Positions 27,690-38,751 of a stretch of 48,052 bases of DNA are shown one piece after another. Numbering within the stretch: the stretch's first letter is position 1; the number at the start of each line of letters is the position of its first letter. The stretch is from assembly GCA_040357565.1 (NCBI GenBank), contig JBDODJ010000080.1, one strand, 5' to 3'. Position numbers and translations under genes: made by a program. The notes under the pieces were generated by a model that saw only the letters and a list, made by a program, of their open reading frames with translations, had not been told where the DNA came from and searched no databases. Origin of the DNA: Cercozoa sp. M6MM (lineage: Eukaryota; Protista; Endomyxa: Ascetosporea).

Positions 27690-28629
27690 TTGCCGCGCTC
27701 TAAGTGATAGCGATGCGTAGAACACTTAGTTTAGAGCGTAACCACGGATACCTTAGAGCGATCTACTGGAGGGATCGCGCATTCTGGGTCCAACAATTAT
27801 CTTGAACTTCCGGGGCGAGCGGCCAAGCAGCTTTGGTATTCATGCGCTTCTTGTCATCATTCACCGATACCTATCTAGGCATACATACATACATACATAC
27901 GTACAGACATACAACCATACATACATACACACACACATACATATAGGCATACATTCATGCAGACATACACATACATACATGACGAAAGCTGTTGGACCCT
28001 GAATGCGCGATCCATCTAGTAACTTAGATCGCTCTAAACTAAGTGTTCTACGCATTTGCATCTCTTAGAGCGCGGCAAAAATGTTACGAAACGGCATTTT
28101 CCATCCGGCCACTCAGATCCGTCTGAGTTCTGGTGCTCCGCGCGGGAGAAAGTTATTCATTAAGCACTTTGAGAAGTGTGGTGTATTGTGTTTGTCTGGT
28201 ATCCTGCCTTCTCCGAGAGTGTTGCCAACCTCCTTACCCAGTGCTTGGTAGACTGACCTCGAAAGAGCAAGATTTTGCTCCTTTCGTGAAAAGGCTCTCT
28301 ACTCACCAGGTAAAGCACCTCTCCAGGCTCCAGTCCTTGCACTCTCACGGAATCCCTTGTTGCTGTCTTCCCAGCACAGAGAGCCTTTCTTTTTCTCCTT
28401 TACGTCCCTCCTTCTCCTTCCTTCCTTCCCGACCAGTCTACTTCCTGTACTTTGCCGACCCTATCTTGGGGTAACTACATCTGAACTGACTACGTCTACT
28501 GACTCAATTCTTCTTCACATCGATTCCATTTGTTTCTTTAGTCTCTTTTTCCTGGCTTAGTACACTTTTGCACTACCAAAGCCCCAATTTCTGAAAGGCT
28601 GCGGTAACAAAAAGGTGTAGCTTACGTCA
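27690..28629. mobile_element. MITE/foldback element with ~100-bp inverted arms, right end interrupted by solo LTR copy 2
   Basis: Left arm 27690-27795 (ttgccgcgctctaag...gatcgcgcattctgggtccaaca) is the inverse of right arm 27990-28078; the arm resumes after the LTR as ggtgtagcttacgtca (28614-28629), as in the copy at 17409. Confidence 0.8.
28082..28609. mobile_element. Solo LTR, copy 2
   Basis: TGTTAC...GTAACA terminal inverted repeat, flanked by AAAA on both sides; same family and orientation as 9034-9606. Confidence 0.88.
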
Positions 28630-28692
28630 AAGGACCCGAGTGAACAGAACGTTTATTGCTTCAGTTGGACATCACGACAGTCACATACGAAA

Positions 28693-29590
28693 CTACGAAA
28701 GCGCGTCGAGCTCCCTCTTTGCTTTTGCCGGTGAGTCCGAGTCAGTTCGTTTAGAAAAGCGTGAACTGTGGACAGCCAGCGTAAGTCGGTTGAGGTAGAT
28801 ACAGGATAGAAGCAACATACGTAGACAAAGTAAGAGACGGCAGCGGCAGCGGCGGTACCGAACGTCTTCTCTAGCACGGTGCGGTCGTCGCCACCGCTCC
28901 AGTACACCTACCCATATGTCGCATCGTCCGTCACAAGTGTCGTGTTGGATTAAGAGACGGTATACCTGGCATCGATCGTAAATGAAATCACTGTAGAGGG
29001 CCCAGGCAAAGCACATGCTGAAGCCGAGCGCAAGGTTCGACGGGTCCTTGAAATCCTTCCACGCCGCCTGCGTGTTAGAACAGTAAACAAAAGCGCTGAC
29101 TACACGACGACCCATGCAGAGGAATATAGAAAAGCACGCACCTTGAAGCGCTGAACCACGCCGTGGTTAGGCGGCATGTTCTTGTAAGTCACAGCCTGAG
29201 CACCCTTGCCCGTGCCATGCACGAACGGGTACTCCTTCGGCGTCCATGTCTTGCCGAGACCGGCACGCTGCTGGGCCTGCATACAACAGGAATTAAAAGC
29301 CTGTTGCATTGTGCAAAGTAGCGGACAACGGACGAGCTTGGCACTGATCTGCGACGGCGTCGCCGGAACGTGGCCAAACATGCGCTCGAGCACCGAGTAC
29401 TGGCCGTTCGACGCGAATCGGCGACCCATCTGGGCGGCTCGTCCACTTCACAACAAGGGAGATGTTTGCCAAGACGCAGTAAGTGAGCGTTGAGCTTTGC
29501 ATAAAAGACACGAGCACAGGCAACCAACATCCTTGCAAAACGCAGCGCCCAGCTCGGAGAGAAAGTTGAACAAACTTACACAATGTTCAT
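28693..29590 (-). CDS. Hypothetical small membrane protein, probably mitochondrial; multi-exon
   Basis: Spliced MNIV|GRAAQMGRRFAS... (presequence-like); two hydrophobic stretches (LALGFSMCFAWALY, FGTAAAAAVSYFVY); in-frame GT-AG exons. Confidence 0.6.
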
Positions 29591-29805
29591 TTTGCGCGAA
29601 GTTTATTGCACAATTGGAGAAATCCTTGCAATAGAACGCGCGGGATATACGTCGTGCGCTTGTTGGCGCTGATCGGGGAGTTGTTCTGAATTTGAGCCGA
29701 CCGTGCCAGTCCAAACTGTTCTGTTTTCTGGCTCGGGTTGCCGTGTGATCAAGCCGCGCTCGGCACGCTAGGGGTAACCACGTGCGTGGCGAGCGTTGTT
29801 TGAGT

Positions 29806-31234
29806 ATGAAGGCGTCATACGTGGCGCGTAGTGCGCGGCGAGGTGTGCGCTGTCTGGCGGCTGAAACGCACTACACGGCACACAGTGGCACGCAGTTTCC
29901 ACTCGAGTCACTTGAGCCGCCTGCGGAGGAGAAGGCGTACCACTTTTCCAAATCAATGATGAGGGAATGGCTTAATTGTATTGTCCAAAATAATGCAGCG
30001 AAATCGAGCGTCTCACCGCCCTTGCCAAACAAGCCAACGTACCAGCTGCTATGTTCTTACTCTCAACACATGCACTGTTTATGTGATGCCTTGCAGACGA
30101 AGCGCGTGCGATGGAGCCACAAGTACAACGTGTGGCCGCACACGGAGACTGCACGTCCGCTGTCGCCGCACAACCCGCCGCCGAAGCCAATGCCCAAGTG
30201 GATGCTTGAACTCGTACTGTGCATGTTATTTCTGTGCGCGCGCATATGTGTACACATTTGTTTCACGTATGCACATCGCAGGACAAGCGAGAGATGCAGT
30301 TGTTTTTGCGCAAGATCCCGCGTTTCTCCGAAAACCCTGATCGCTACGAAAAGGTGCGCTCGCTTTACTCGTTTGCACTTGTTCAAAACAGTATTTTTAT
30401 GGACATAACACAGATTTTGGAGTTGTTCCCGACGATGACGTCCTTCATTCACAAGAGAGAGCACTTCCTCGGTCTCAAGCGACTCTACGGCGAGAAGCTG
30501 TAAGCGCGCTGCTGATCTTGTGGGGCACACTTGCCGCTTCATCCTGATAATCGTTCATGTGCGCAGTGATTTTAAGGACCGTAAGGCACTGCAGCGCGCC
30601 TTCTACCGCTGGTGCTACGAGCTGCGCCTGCTTAAGAACCACGGCTGTCCGCGCATGTTCGTGCGTATCGATGGCGCCATTACGCATACTCCCGGTACGC
30701 CCGATCTGCTAATCTGATACTGTGGTATGTTTCGCGATGAAAAACTGGAGAACTACATGTGTGGAGTGTGTAGGTCGTGGCGACGTTCCGTTGAACGCGT
30801 ACGAGTGGCACCACTTCATGCGTTTCATGCTTGCCCATGCCTGCGTGCGTGCCGGTATGTTCGTCTCGGTTTCGGTACTATCGTGTATCAGCTAGCGTAC
30901 AGGCAAGCCGAACCCGTTTGAGGGCGAGTTCGACATGAAGCGCACTATTCTGCAGCGAGCCCGCGGCAAGGCTGGTCTCTCTCGCTCTCTCGCTCTCTCT
31001 CTCTCTCTCGTTCCTTACATTTTTCTGTTTAGACACTGTGGCTGACGAATTTGGTCTCGAGGGCGAGGTCGACCTTGGCGAAATCGAAAACCTCGACATC
31101 GATTTTGTAACCCATCTTTCCAGCCGCACGTGTGTGCACAGCTCATACCTGCGTGTTGGCAGGAGCTTGAAAGCGCCCTCACGAGGGACATGGCTGGTGC
31201 AGGCGCGGGCGACGAGTTGTCAGGCACGCTGTGA
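29806..31234 (+). CDS. Hypothetical mitochondrial protein, possibly mS41/Fyv4 (IGR, SAM-like) related; multi-exon
   Basis: Arg/Ala-rich N-terminus MKASYVARSARRGVRCLA; central MQLFLRKIPRF...YEKILELFPTM...LKRLYGEKLDFKDRKALQRAFYRW; acidic tail; stop TGA at 31232-31234. The family call is tentative. Confidence 0.6.
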
Positions 31235-31603
31235 CCTACGTACCGTACTAACTAGGCTATTGCAGCATTCCATTCGATTAATACAATCGGACATTTTATG
31301 GTTTGGACCGCCAATTTCTAACGAGAAACCGGGAACTTCTATCGTGAATGCCCGCAAAACGAATGTTGGACGGTGGAATACAAGCTGATACAGTACGCTG
31401 GTCGCCAGATCAGGTACCACTGATCGCTTCACGATCACCGATTGCTGGTGAGTGGTGACCACTCAGTGGTCAACTACTGCCGGTCGGGCAACATCAGATC
31501 TGGCATCACCTGGCGGTAGTGCATCCTGTCAGCATCGCGAGTCCCCTAGAAGGTTTTGGTCGGAAGGCTTGGAAGCGATTTGGGAAATCTGACTTGACTT
31601 CGC

Positions 31604-32221
31604 ATGGACCCAATCCACAACGGAGCATGGCGCTGGGCCAAACAAGAAATTTCGTCGTTCTTTCGCCATCCAAAACAGCACATTCGGCGATGGTATATGC
31701 TTGTGTTTGCGGGATACGACTTGGGGTGTAATCTTGGTTTGTTGGTAGGATAAGGAGACGGAGGGAGTCCGAAACCGAGAGACACGCCCTTATGATGGTG
31801 TTGGAGCAGCGCTGTTCGCCGCTCGCGGAGGTGTTGAAGTGGCTGCACTACAAAGATTATTCGGCAGACCACTCACAATTGGTGGTAGAAATTCCGTTTG
31901 AGGCAGCCGAACGCTGCGCTGCGTTTGAGGCGGTGCTACCGGTGTACAACGTAATGGATCCGCGCTCGCGTCATAGTGGCCGCGCGCGCTATGTGTACGC
32001 GGCGACAAGGGCGTGGAGCTTTCCTCTCGTTCGAGTACTTAGCAAGCAAATATCATGTCTTAGTCCTTGCATAGACTGTTTCTGTAGTACGGGCCTGTCT
32101 TCGCACAAACGCAGGACGTGGATGTGATGCTTCACCACCTTCCGAGTGCGCGCGTACTACCTGAGAAGTTTGTAAGTAGCGAATAAAAAATATTCAAGGC
32201 ATTATGCACCATGTATGTGTG

Positions 32222-32290
<69 letters not shown>

Positions 32291-32588
32291 CATAGAAGAA
32301 AGACTTTCGCGACTCTTTCAACGTTGAGATCGCACCACTCTTTGACGAAATCAACAGGCTGCTTCCGGAACGACACCCGACGTACCTTCGTATATATGAA
32401 AGCAAAGTATGCACGTTTGGCAGCATGCGCTATGTTGTAATTTCTTTCCTTGTAGAGTCTTGTATCCCTATTTTGTCGCCTTGGCTGCACTCCTGGCCTT
32501 GGTCTACTTGATCAATACCTTGGCTGAGTACGATGTGCATCTGTCGCTAGTTGCCTTCATTTGTTTGGTAAATGTACGCTCTTGAAAT

Positions 32589-32636
<48 letters not shown>

Positions 32637-32646
32637 NNNNNNNNNN

Positions 32647-32698
<52 letters not shown>

Positions 32699-33161
32699 AC
32701 TGCATTCGTCAGTGGGGAGGCTGCTTCGCAATTGTTTCAGCATACCTGGGCAAGCACAACAACAGAGTACAATTTGCTCAATGTGCTGTTTATTAGTTTG
32801 CTAACGTTGTGGATGTGCAACGCAGCGAGATTTAAGGGCGATGTTTGTGATGCAACGGTTGATTCGTGACGTACTTATTCCTCGTCTTAACGCTGAGGCA
32901 ACGCACGAAGGCACCAACTGCTTCTATGCACACTTTGACTATTGCGGCTACAACTACCAAATGCGTATGCCCATTCAGCGACTTGAGGTAATCGTATTTT
33001 TCTCAATTTTACGGTATCGATGATTATTTAAAAAGTTGCTCTGGGATTTGCAGGATCACATGGAATCAATCTGCTTCTTCTTGCTGTGCTATGGGCCGAA
33101 GCAGCGAGAAGTCAAATGCTTGCGCACACTGTGCGGCGAGACGCGTTTTATGTTCAATTAG
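31604..33161 (+). CDS. Hypothetical protein; multi-exon
   Basis: In-frame exon chain MDPIHNGAW...|IRRRRESE...FDEINRLL...SLFCRLGCTPGLG...LIPRLNAE...RFMFN*. Only a faint resemblance to Erf4/Golgin-A7/CHIC proteins. Confidence 0.6.
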
Positions 33162-33231
33162 ATGTCATACGCTCTTTGTCACTTTGAAAATTTCTTAAAG
33201 CACCAGCACCGACACTGGACTTCCAAAATAA

Positions 33232-33328
33232 AGTTAGTCTGTACCAGTCCTGGGGTGGGTCACAAGCGCATGGCCGTAGTTCACCGCCTGCTTAAAGTGG
33301 GCCATCTAACTCCCCTTTTGACGTTCCC
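33232..33328 (-). mobile_element. Short interspersed repeat (SINE-like family), copy D
   Basis: ctgtaccagtcctggggtgggtcacaagcgcatggccgtagttcaccgcctgcttaaagtgggccatctaactccccttttgacg. Confidence 0.7.
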
Positions 33329-33480
33329 CAGGACATCTTCTTCAAGGTTGGTACAGGCGGGGAGTAGGAGAAGTCGTCAGCGTCTGCGTCTCGTCGTCCT
33401 GCTGTCGTCCGTCGAGTCGTCTCCTCGCCTGTCACTTTTCCCGCCAACCAATTTAACACGCACAGACAAACATAGATTTT

Positions 33481-33645
33481 TGGGCCACCGCCGCTTTGGG
33501 CGGTGGCCTAGGCTATGGCTTTCTCCTCCACACCACTCTTGTGATGACATGCAACGCAAGTGCTCCAGGTTGTCGATGTTCTCGGGTCTGCTCAGTCGAG
33601 TACGACTGCGCATCAGTCGGTGATAGGTGTCCAGCTTTTCATGCC
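33481..33645 (-). pseudogene. Probable decayed hAT transposase C-terminal (dimerisation domain) remnant with adjacent palindrome
   Basis: Minus strand reads KAGHL..(frameshift/stop)..RSRTRLSRPENIDNLEHLR, similar to the hAT motif AG.i.t..R.rL.p..ie.l..l; 10-bp perfect hairpin at 33483-33508. Confidence 0.45.
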
Positions 33646-33784
33646 TCGGGGTTCCGAAACTAAATTTATTTAAACTGAATCGAAACGAAATTTCTCGTCT
33701 GCGCTGTGCGCGATCGTAAGACGGTGATCAAACGAACGGGATGTGCATGATTCGCGCGCGGGGTGCAACGCACGGCAAGATCCA

Positions 33785-35524
33785 TCAACCCAGCAAAGGA
33801 GCATCAGGGTTTTCTTGTTCCGCCTGACTTGGAGCATTTTCCTGCGACTCTTCTAGTTGACGACGTTTCTCCGCGTGCTCAGCTTCGAGTCGGTCGAGCC
33901 AGGTTCCCTCAGGAATTGTCACGTCGTCGTACTTAGCGTCTTCGTAAATGTGCTTGTGTGGCAGCACGTGTTCTAACGAGCACAAGACAAGAAGAGCTTA
34001 TGTCACACAAGGCACCCGGACGCATCTTAAATTTACCAAGAAGGAAGTCACACAAGAGCGATGCGACGCCCAGAAGAGCAACACCTGCACCACTGCGCAA
34101 GCCACAAACGTCGACGCGTCAGAAATTCAAGGCGAAACAACGTTTATAAAATTACAGCGCCGTCGTTAGTTCGACAAAATCGAAGACGCGACCGATCTGG
34201 GTAAAAACAAGTGCGAATGGACACCATCGTTGCCCATGAAGGACAAAACGTACACCTTCGACCTGGAAGATGATGCGGACACCGTAGAGCTTCTTGAGAC
34301 TTCGGTCGTTGATGCCCTGTGTTTAACATATGAGCACAGATCACTCGCGGCAGAAGAACTGACATGTGAGTTGATGGCACGGTAATTGAATCCCTACATC
34401 GAGTGTTTGCAGGTAGAAAGTAAATTTAACACAGTCAGGACAGAAGAAAAACAGCAGATACAGGAGACACGCGGGCTGTATCATCGCTGAAATCGTCCAG
34501 GCGTTTAAATGAATACCTAAAATTCAGGTATGGGTCACACGAAGACGGAGAACGAAAGCAAAAGCAGGCATACTTGGGCGCACAGTTTCCTGGCTCGCGG
34601 CCGCTCGTGTAGGGCTTTTCACTCGTGTCTGCAAGGCATGCCGGCATCAGTGCAAAAAATATCGCACCACAGAAGACAGCGAACTGTACCGAGCTCGCGA
34701 TCAAAGTCGCAGTCGTAACGAACCGTCACAAGCAGCACAGCGCCCTCCAGCGCAACCTACAACAATCCCCTTTGTTAACATTAAAAACACCGCACCAATG
34801 CATGACATACCTGTCTATCAAATGGCGTCCCTGCTTCTTCAAGCATCTCCTTAATCGAAAACAAGTTGAAGCCGTGGGTGATCGCATTTCTGCGTTTTTG
34901 CCCAAGATTAAAAAAAACAAACAACAACAACGAAAATGAGGGGTACTTGGCGTTGCTGAGCGTTGCATCTGACACTTTTCCGTCCAATTCGGGGAAATAC
35001 GCATTCACTGCACAGATGAACAGGACACGAGGACCGTACGTATTGACAGCTGTAATGACGGAACATATGAGGATCGCGTGTACCTTTGCCAAAAACCGTC
35101 CAGTTTTCAACACCATCGAAGAAAACGCGGCGTGATTCCCAGTCGCTGTGGAAGAAGGGCGCAGATTCATGGCAACACGACTCCACCTCTCAAGAAGTAT
35201 GCTTTGCTACCGCTCCGACGGACACCAAGTGCGCATTTCGCAGACGTTGCTACCAGGGAAGTTAGGAGAGTAACTTCGATACACCAAAACTACGAGAGGA
35301 CAAAAAAACATTGGGTGACCGTCCTCGCCCGTCATTTCGATACATTTGCCGGTGTACTAATATGTTTACAATATTGTGCTATAATGAATGAGTAAGTGGA
35401 ACAAACCTACCTGTCCTTGATCGACCATCTTGCCTTCGTTCTGCTTGCAGCAGTCGTCGCACTTTGTCGACGAGCAAGGAACCTTGGGGTGGCCGCACAC
35501 GCCTCGTTTCTACAAAGGGTACAT

Positions 35525-35572
<48 letters not shown>

Positions 35573-36154
35573 CACACACACACACACACACGCACACATA
35601 CGCACACACACACACGCACACACACACACACAAACAGAGGAAAGAGAGTCTACCTGGTCCGATGTGATTGTCATACTGGTGGCAACGAACACCGCCGATT
35701 GCTCAACGTGCGGTAGTACAAGATCGGACGAGTCAAAGATGTGCACAGTGCCATCAGGCAGGACACCCTGGGCACTGCCCTTGACCTGAAAACAAGGCGT
35801 TATTGTTCCGTTGTATTCTCCCGACAAAAAAATGTACCTTGATACTCACAGTTCCCAAGAGACCGGTCTGTGTGTGCGCAAACATTAACACTCGACAAAA
35901 CATGAAGCAGCAGTACGGAACTTTGGTATCCTCTTTCCCAGACGATTGTCACCAAGATGACATACATCAAGATAAAGAGAATTGTCGCATAGTGTATTAT
36001 GCCCAGCGTCGGTGAGTACACTTGGATGAACTTGACGCTCTCTTAAAAAAAAACAAAACTACGATGGTTGTTTTTGCACAAAATGATGGTTGTTTTCGCA
36101 CAAAATAATAATGGATCACATACTGTAAGAAAGGATCTCTTTCAAAAACCCCAT
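33785..36154 (-). CDS. P2X: P2X purinoceptor (ATP-gated cation channel); multi-exon
   Basis: MGFLKEILSYKSVKF (YxT/SxK); TM1 ending WERGYQ; TVSIK|VKG; FDSSDLVLP; YTGKC...CEMRTWCPSE; ENWTVFGK; YDCDFD; CAPKYSFKRLDD; PGFNYR; RSLKKLYGVRI; TM2 GAGVALLGVASLLCD; YEDAKY (YxxxK). Confidence 0.95.
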
Positions 36155-36379
36155 CGTGCACTTGCAATAAAATCAGCCAAAGCACTCCGGTAGAGACGTT
36201 CGTTCAGCGTCCCTTTGCCGAAGACAGGCAGATCGTTTAGGTTTTTCGGCTACAGTACAAAGTTGTACAGTACTGTACAAGTCTCCCCATTGCTGCAAGC
36301 ACTGTCCTAGGCTTGCTGGAGTGCGCAAGAGTGTGATGCTTTACCTTAGTGTATGTGTCGGTAGCGTGGGACGAAAATA

Positions 36380-37314
36380 ATGCAGATTGTGACGCTGGCC
36401 AAGATTGGCGATGTTGGCACCTTGCAGAGGTGTAGCAGCAGGCCAAATTTCGCCGTGTCTTCTACAACCGCCGCTTCTCCGGGTGAAAGCTCACGCAAGA
36501 TGGCTGGTAGTTTCATGCGGTGCTCTCGGGGCAGTGCCCAGCGGTATGTGCGTCTTGTGCAGCGACGGCACACGTGACGAGAGGTGCGGCTGTGCATGTG
36601 CAGAGGAACGACGGCGACACACGGAGTCACACGACGCCGCGTCGCATTGGCCGAGCGCAGTGTGTTTGATTTATTGTTGGTGTGCGTGTGTGTGTTATCT
36701 GTGTGCGTGCAGAGACAGAGAGTTCGCAAGCGAACGACTTGGGTTGTACCACTCGCTTGCCGTGTATGTCACTCCCTCGCCTCCTCATTGTGTCTGTGTG
36801 TGTGTATGTCAGCGAGTGTCCGCCGTTCGATTCGATCACGCACGTGGCCGATGCTCGCGCCATTCGCTTGCGATTAGGTATGCTCCTTAAGTATGAGTCT
36901 AAGCTGGTGCAGTTGCCATTTCGACACTCATGCCCATGCTACAGGAGGCATCGTGTCGGACGACGACGAGTCTAGTCGACTGCTGGCGCTGTTGCAGCAG
37001 GACAGCGCCAAGGATTGGGGCAGCAAGCACACCGATGAGGAGCAGGCGGATGAGGTAGATGACGAAGGGGATGCTGTCGGCAATGAGAGCATCCTGGACA
37101 CGTGCGTGCACTGGCTGCCCTTCATCGCGACATCGCAGCCTCGGTAGCTTGCCCGTCAACCTTCTCAACCGACCTTGTTCGACGCACCTCACTTTCCTAC
37201 CTCTCTGTCCATCCCGTGTGTATGCGTGCCCAGGAACAAAACACTCGGCGGCAACTGCATGATTCTGGCCTCTGCTCCTGTATCCCCCTGGCTTGGTTGC
37301 TGTTTAGTGCACTC

Positions 37315-37367
<53 letters not shown>

Positions 37368-38619
37368 GTGTGCGTGTGTGTGTGTGGGTGTGTGTGTGTG
37401 CCAACAGGCCGCCACACAGGCACGAGCACTCGATGCAATTGACGTCTCCGTTGCCTCTCGTTTGGGTACCAGTGCACAACTTATGTGTCCATGCGTTTAC
37501 ACGCACGACATGTGCAACACCTGTATGTACCAATACCACGCAGTGGTACTGAATCTGGGCGACTCACTGCGCGTCGCCTGTCTGCGACGACGGCGCTGTT
37601 TCCAACGCGAGGCCTGCCCGTCCACCGAACCGATCCTGCTTGCCGACAGTGATGTAACTTCTCATGTCATACCTTCCTTAGTATGCTATGTGCTTCTGCA
37701 TGCGTGTCTAGATGGCCTTACTGCCGGATATGACGGCAGAGATGGTTGCGATGCTGCCGTTCGTGCAGAGTTTCTCGGCACGACAGATGCTCCAGATACA
37801 GCGAGAACAGGCACCCCATGTGACACTCACCTCGACAGCGCTGCGCGACATTGCGCAAGTCGGTATCTCTCCCCTCTCTTAGTATGTGTGTCGAGTTTTG
37901 TCTAATGTGTACGTAAGCTATACTGCCTGCACTAGGTTTGTTCAACTTGATGGAGCATTCGGAGGAACGACACGCAACGACAACCACTGCCGAGGCACTG
38001 ACGCCTCAGCGCACGTCGCTCGCGGCACTGCTGCACCCTGAGCGAGTCGGTCTGGCGCGACGTCACTGTCACATGCCGGCTGCGCGTTTCTCCCTGCTGC
38101 GTTTCTCGCGCCATACTCTGCCCATCGTAGTACTAGTCATCAGTCATATTGACCCCCTTACTGCGTGTCCTGCCACAGGCTAGACCGCAGACTCATCTCG
38201 CCACTCTCGTCACTGATGGCACTTGTACACCTTTCTGTGTGCTATGTGGCCCTCTCAAGTTTGTGTATGTGCCTGTGTGTGTATCTATCTGGGTGTCTTG
38301 GTGTCTGTGTGTAGTGCATATTCTGAGCACGAAGCGGCGGCGACTCGGGTCGGACGGCAGCGCCGACGACGAGCACTGGTGCGAGTGCGCCACCAGTGCC
38401 GTGCTGGCCGGCCATCTGCGCCGTCTGCTTCGATCGGCGCTGTTTGCGCCGTAGCCATGCTTTGTCCTATCCTTGTTTTCAGCACGTAGACACGCCCTGT
38501 ATCAACGTTGTCTGCACACGCAGAAACGACCCGGAGGTGCGGTGTGGCGTGCAGCTTTGCGTCAAGGATGCCCGACTCACCGCCATGGACTGGCTGGGCG
38601 ACGACGCCATAGTGCCTCC

Positions 38620-38672
<53 letters not shown>

Positions 38673-38682
38673 NNNNNNNNNN

Positions 38683-38751
<69 letters not shown>

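Noticed and set aside
36380-37147. Separate small gene ending at 37147
   Set aside because: A donor at about 37102 splices in frame into the downstream WD40 exons, so it is treated as the 5' part of the TFIIIC gene.
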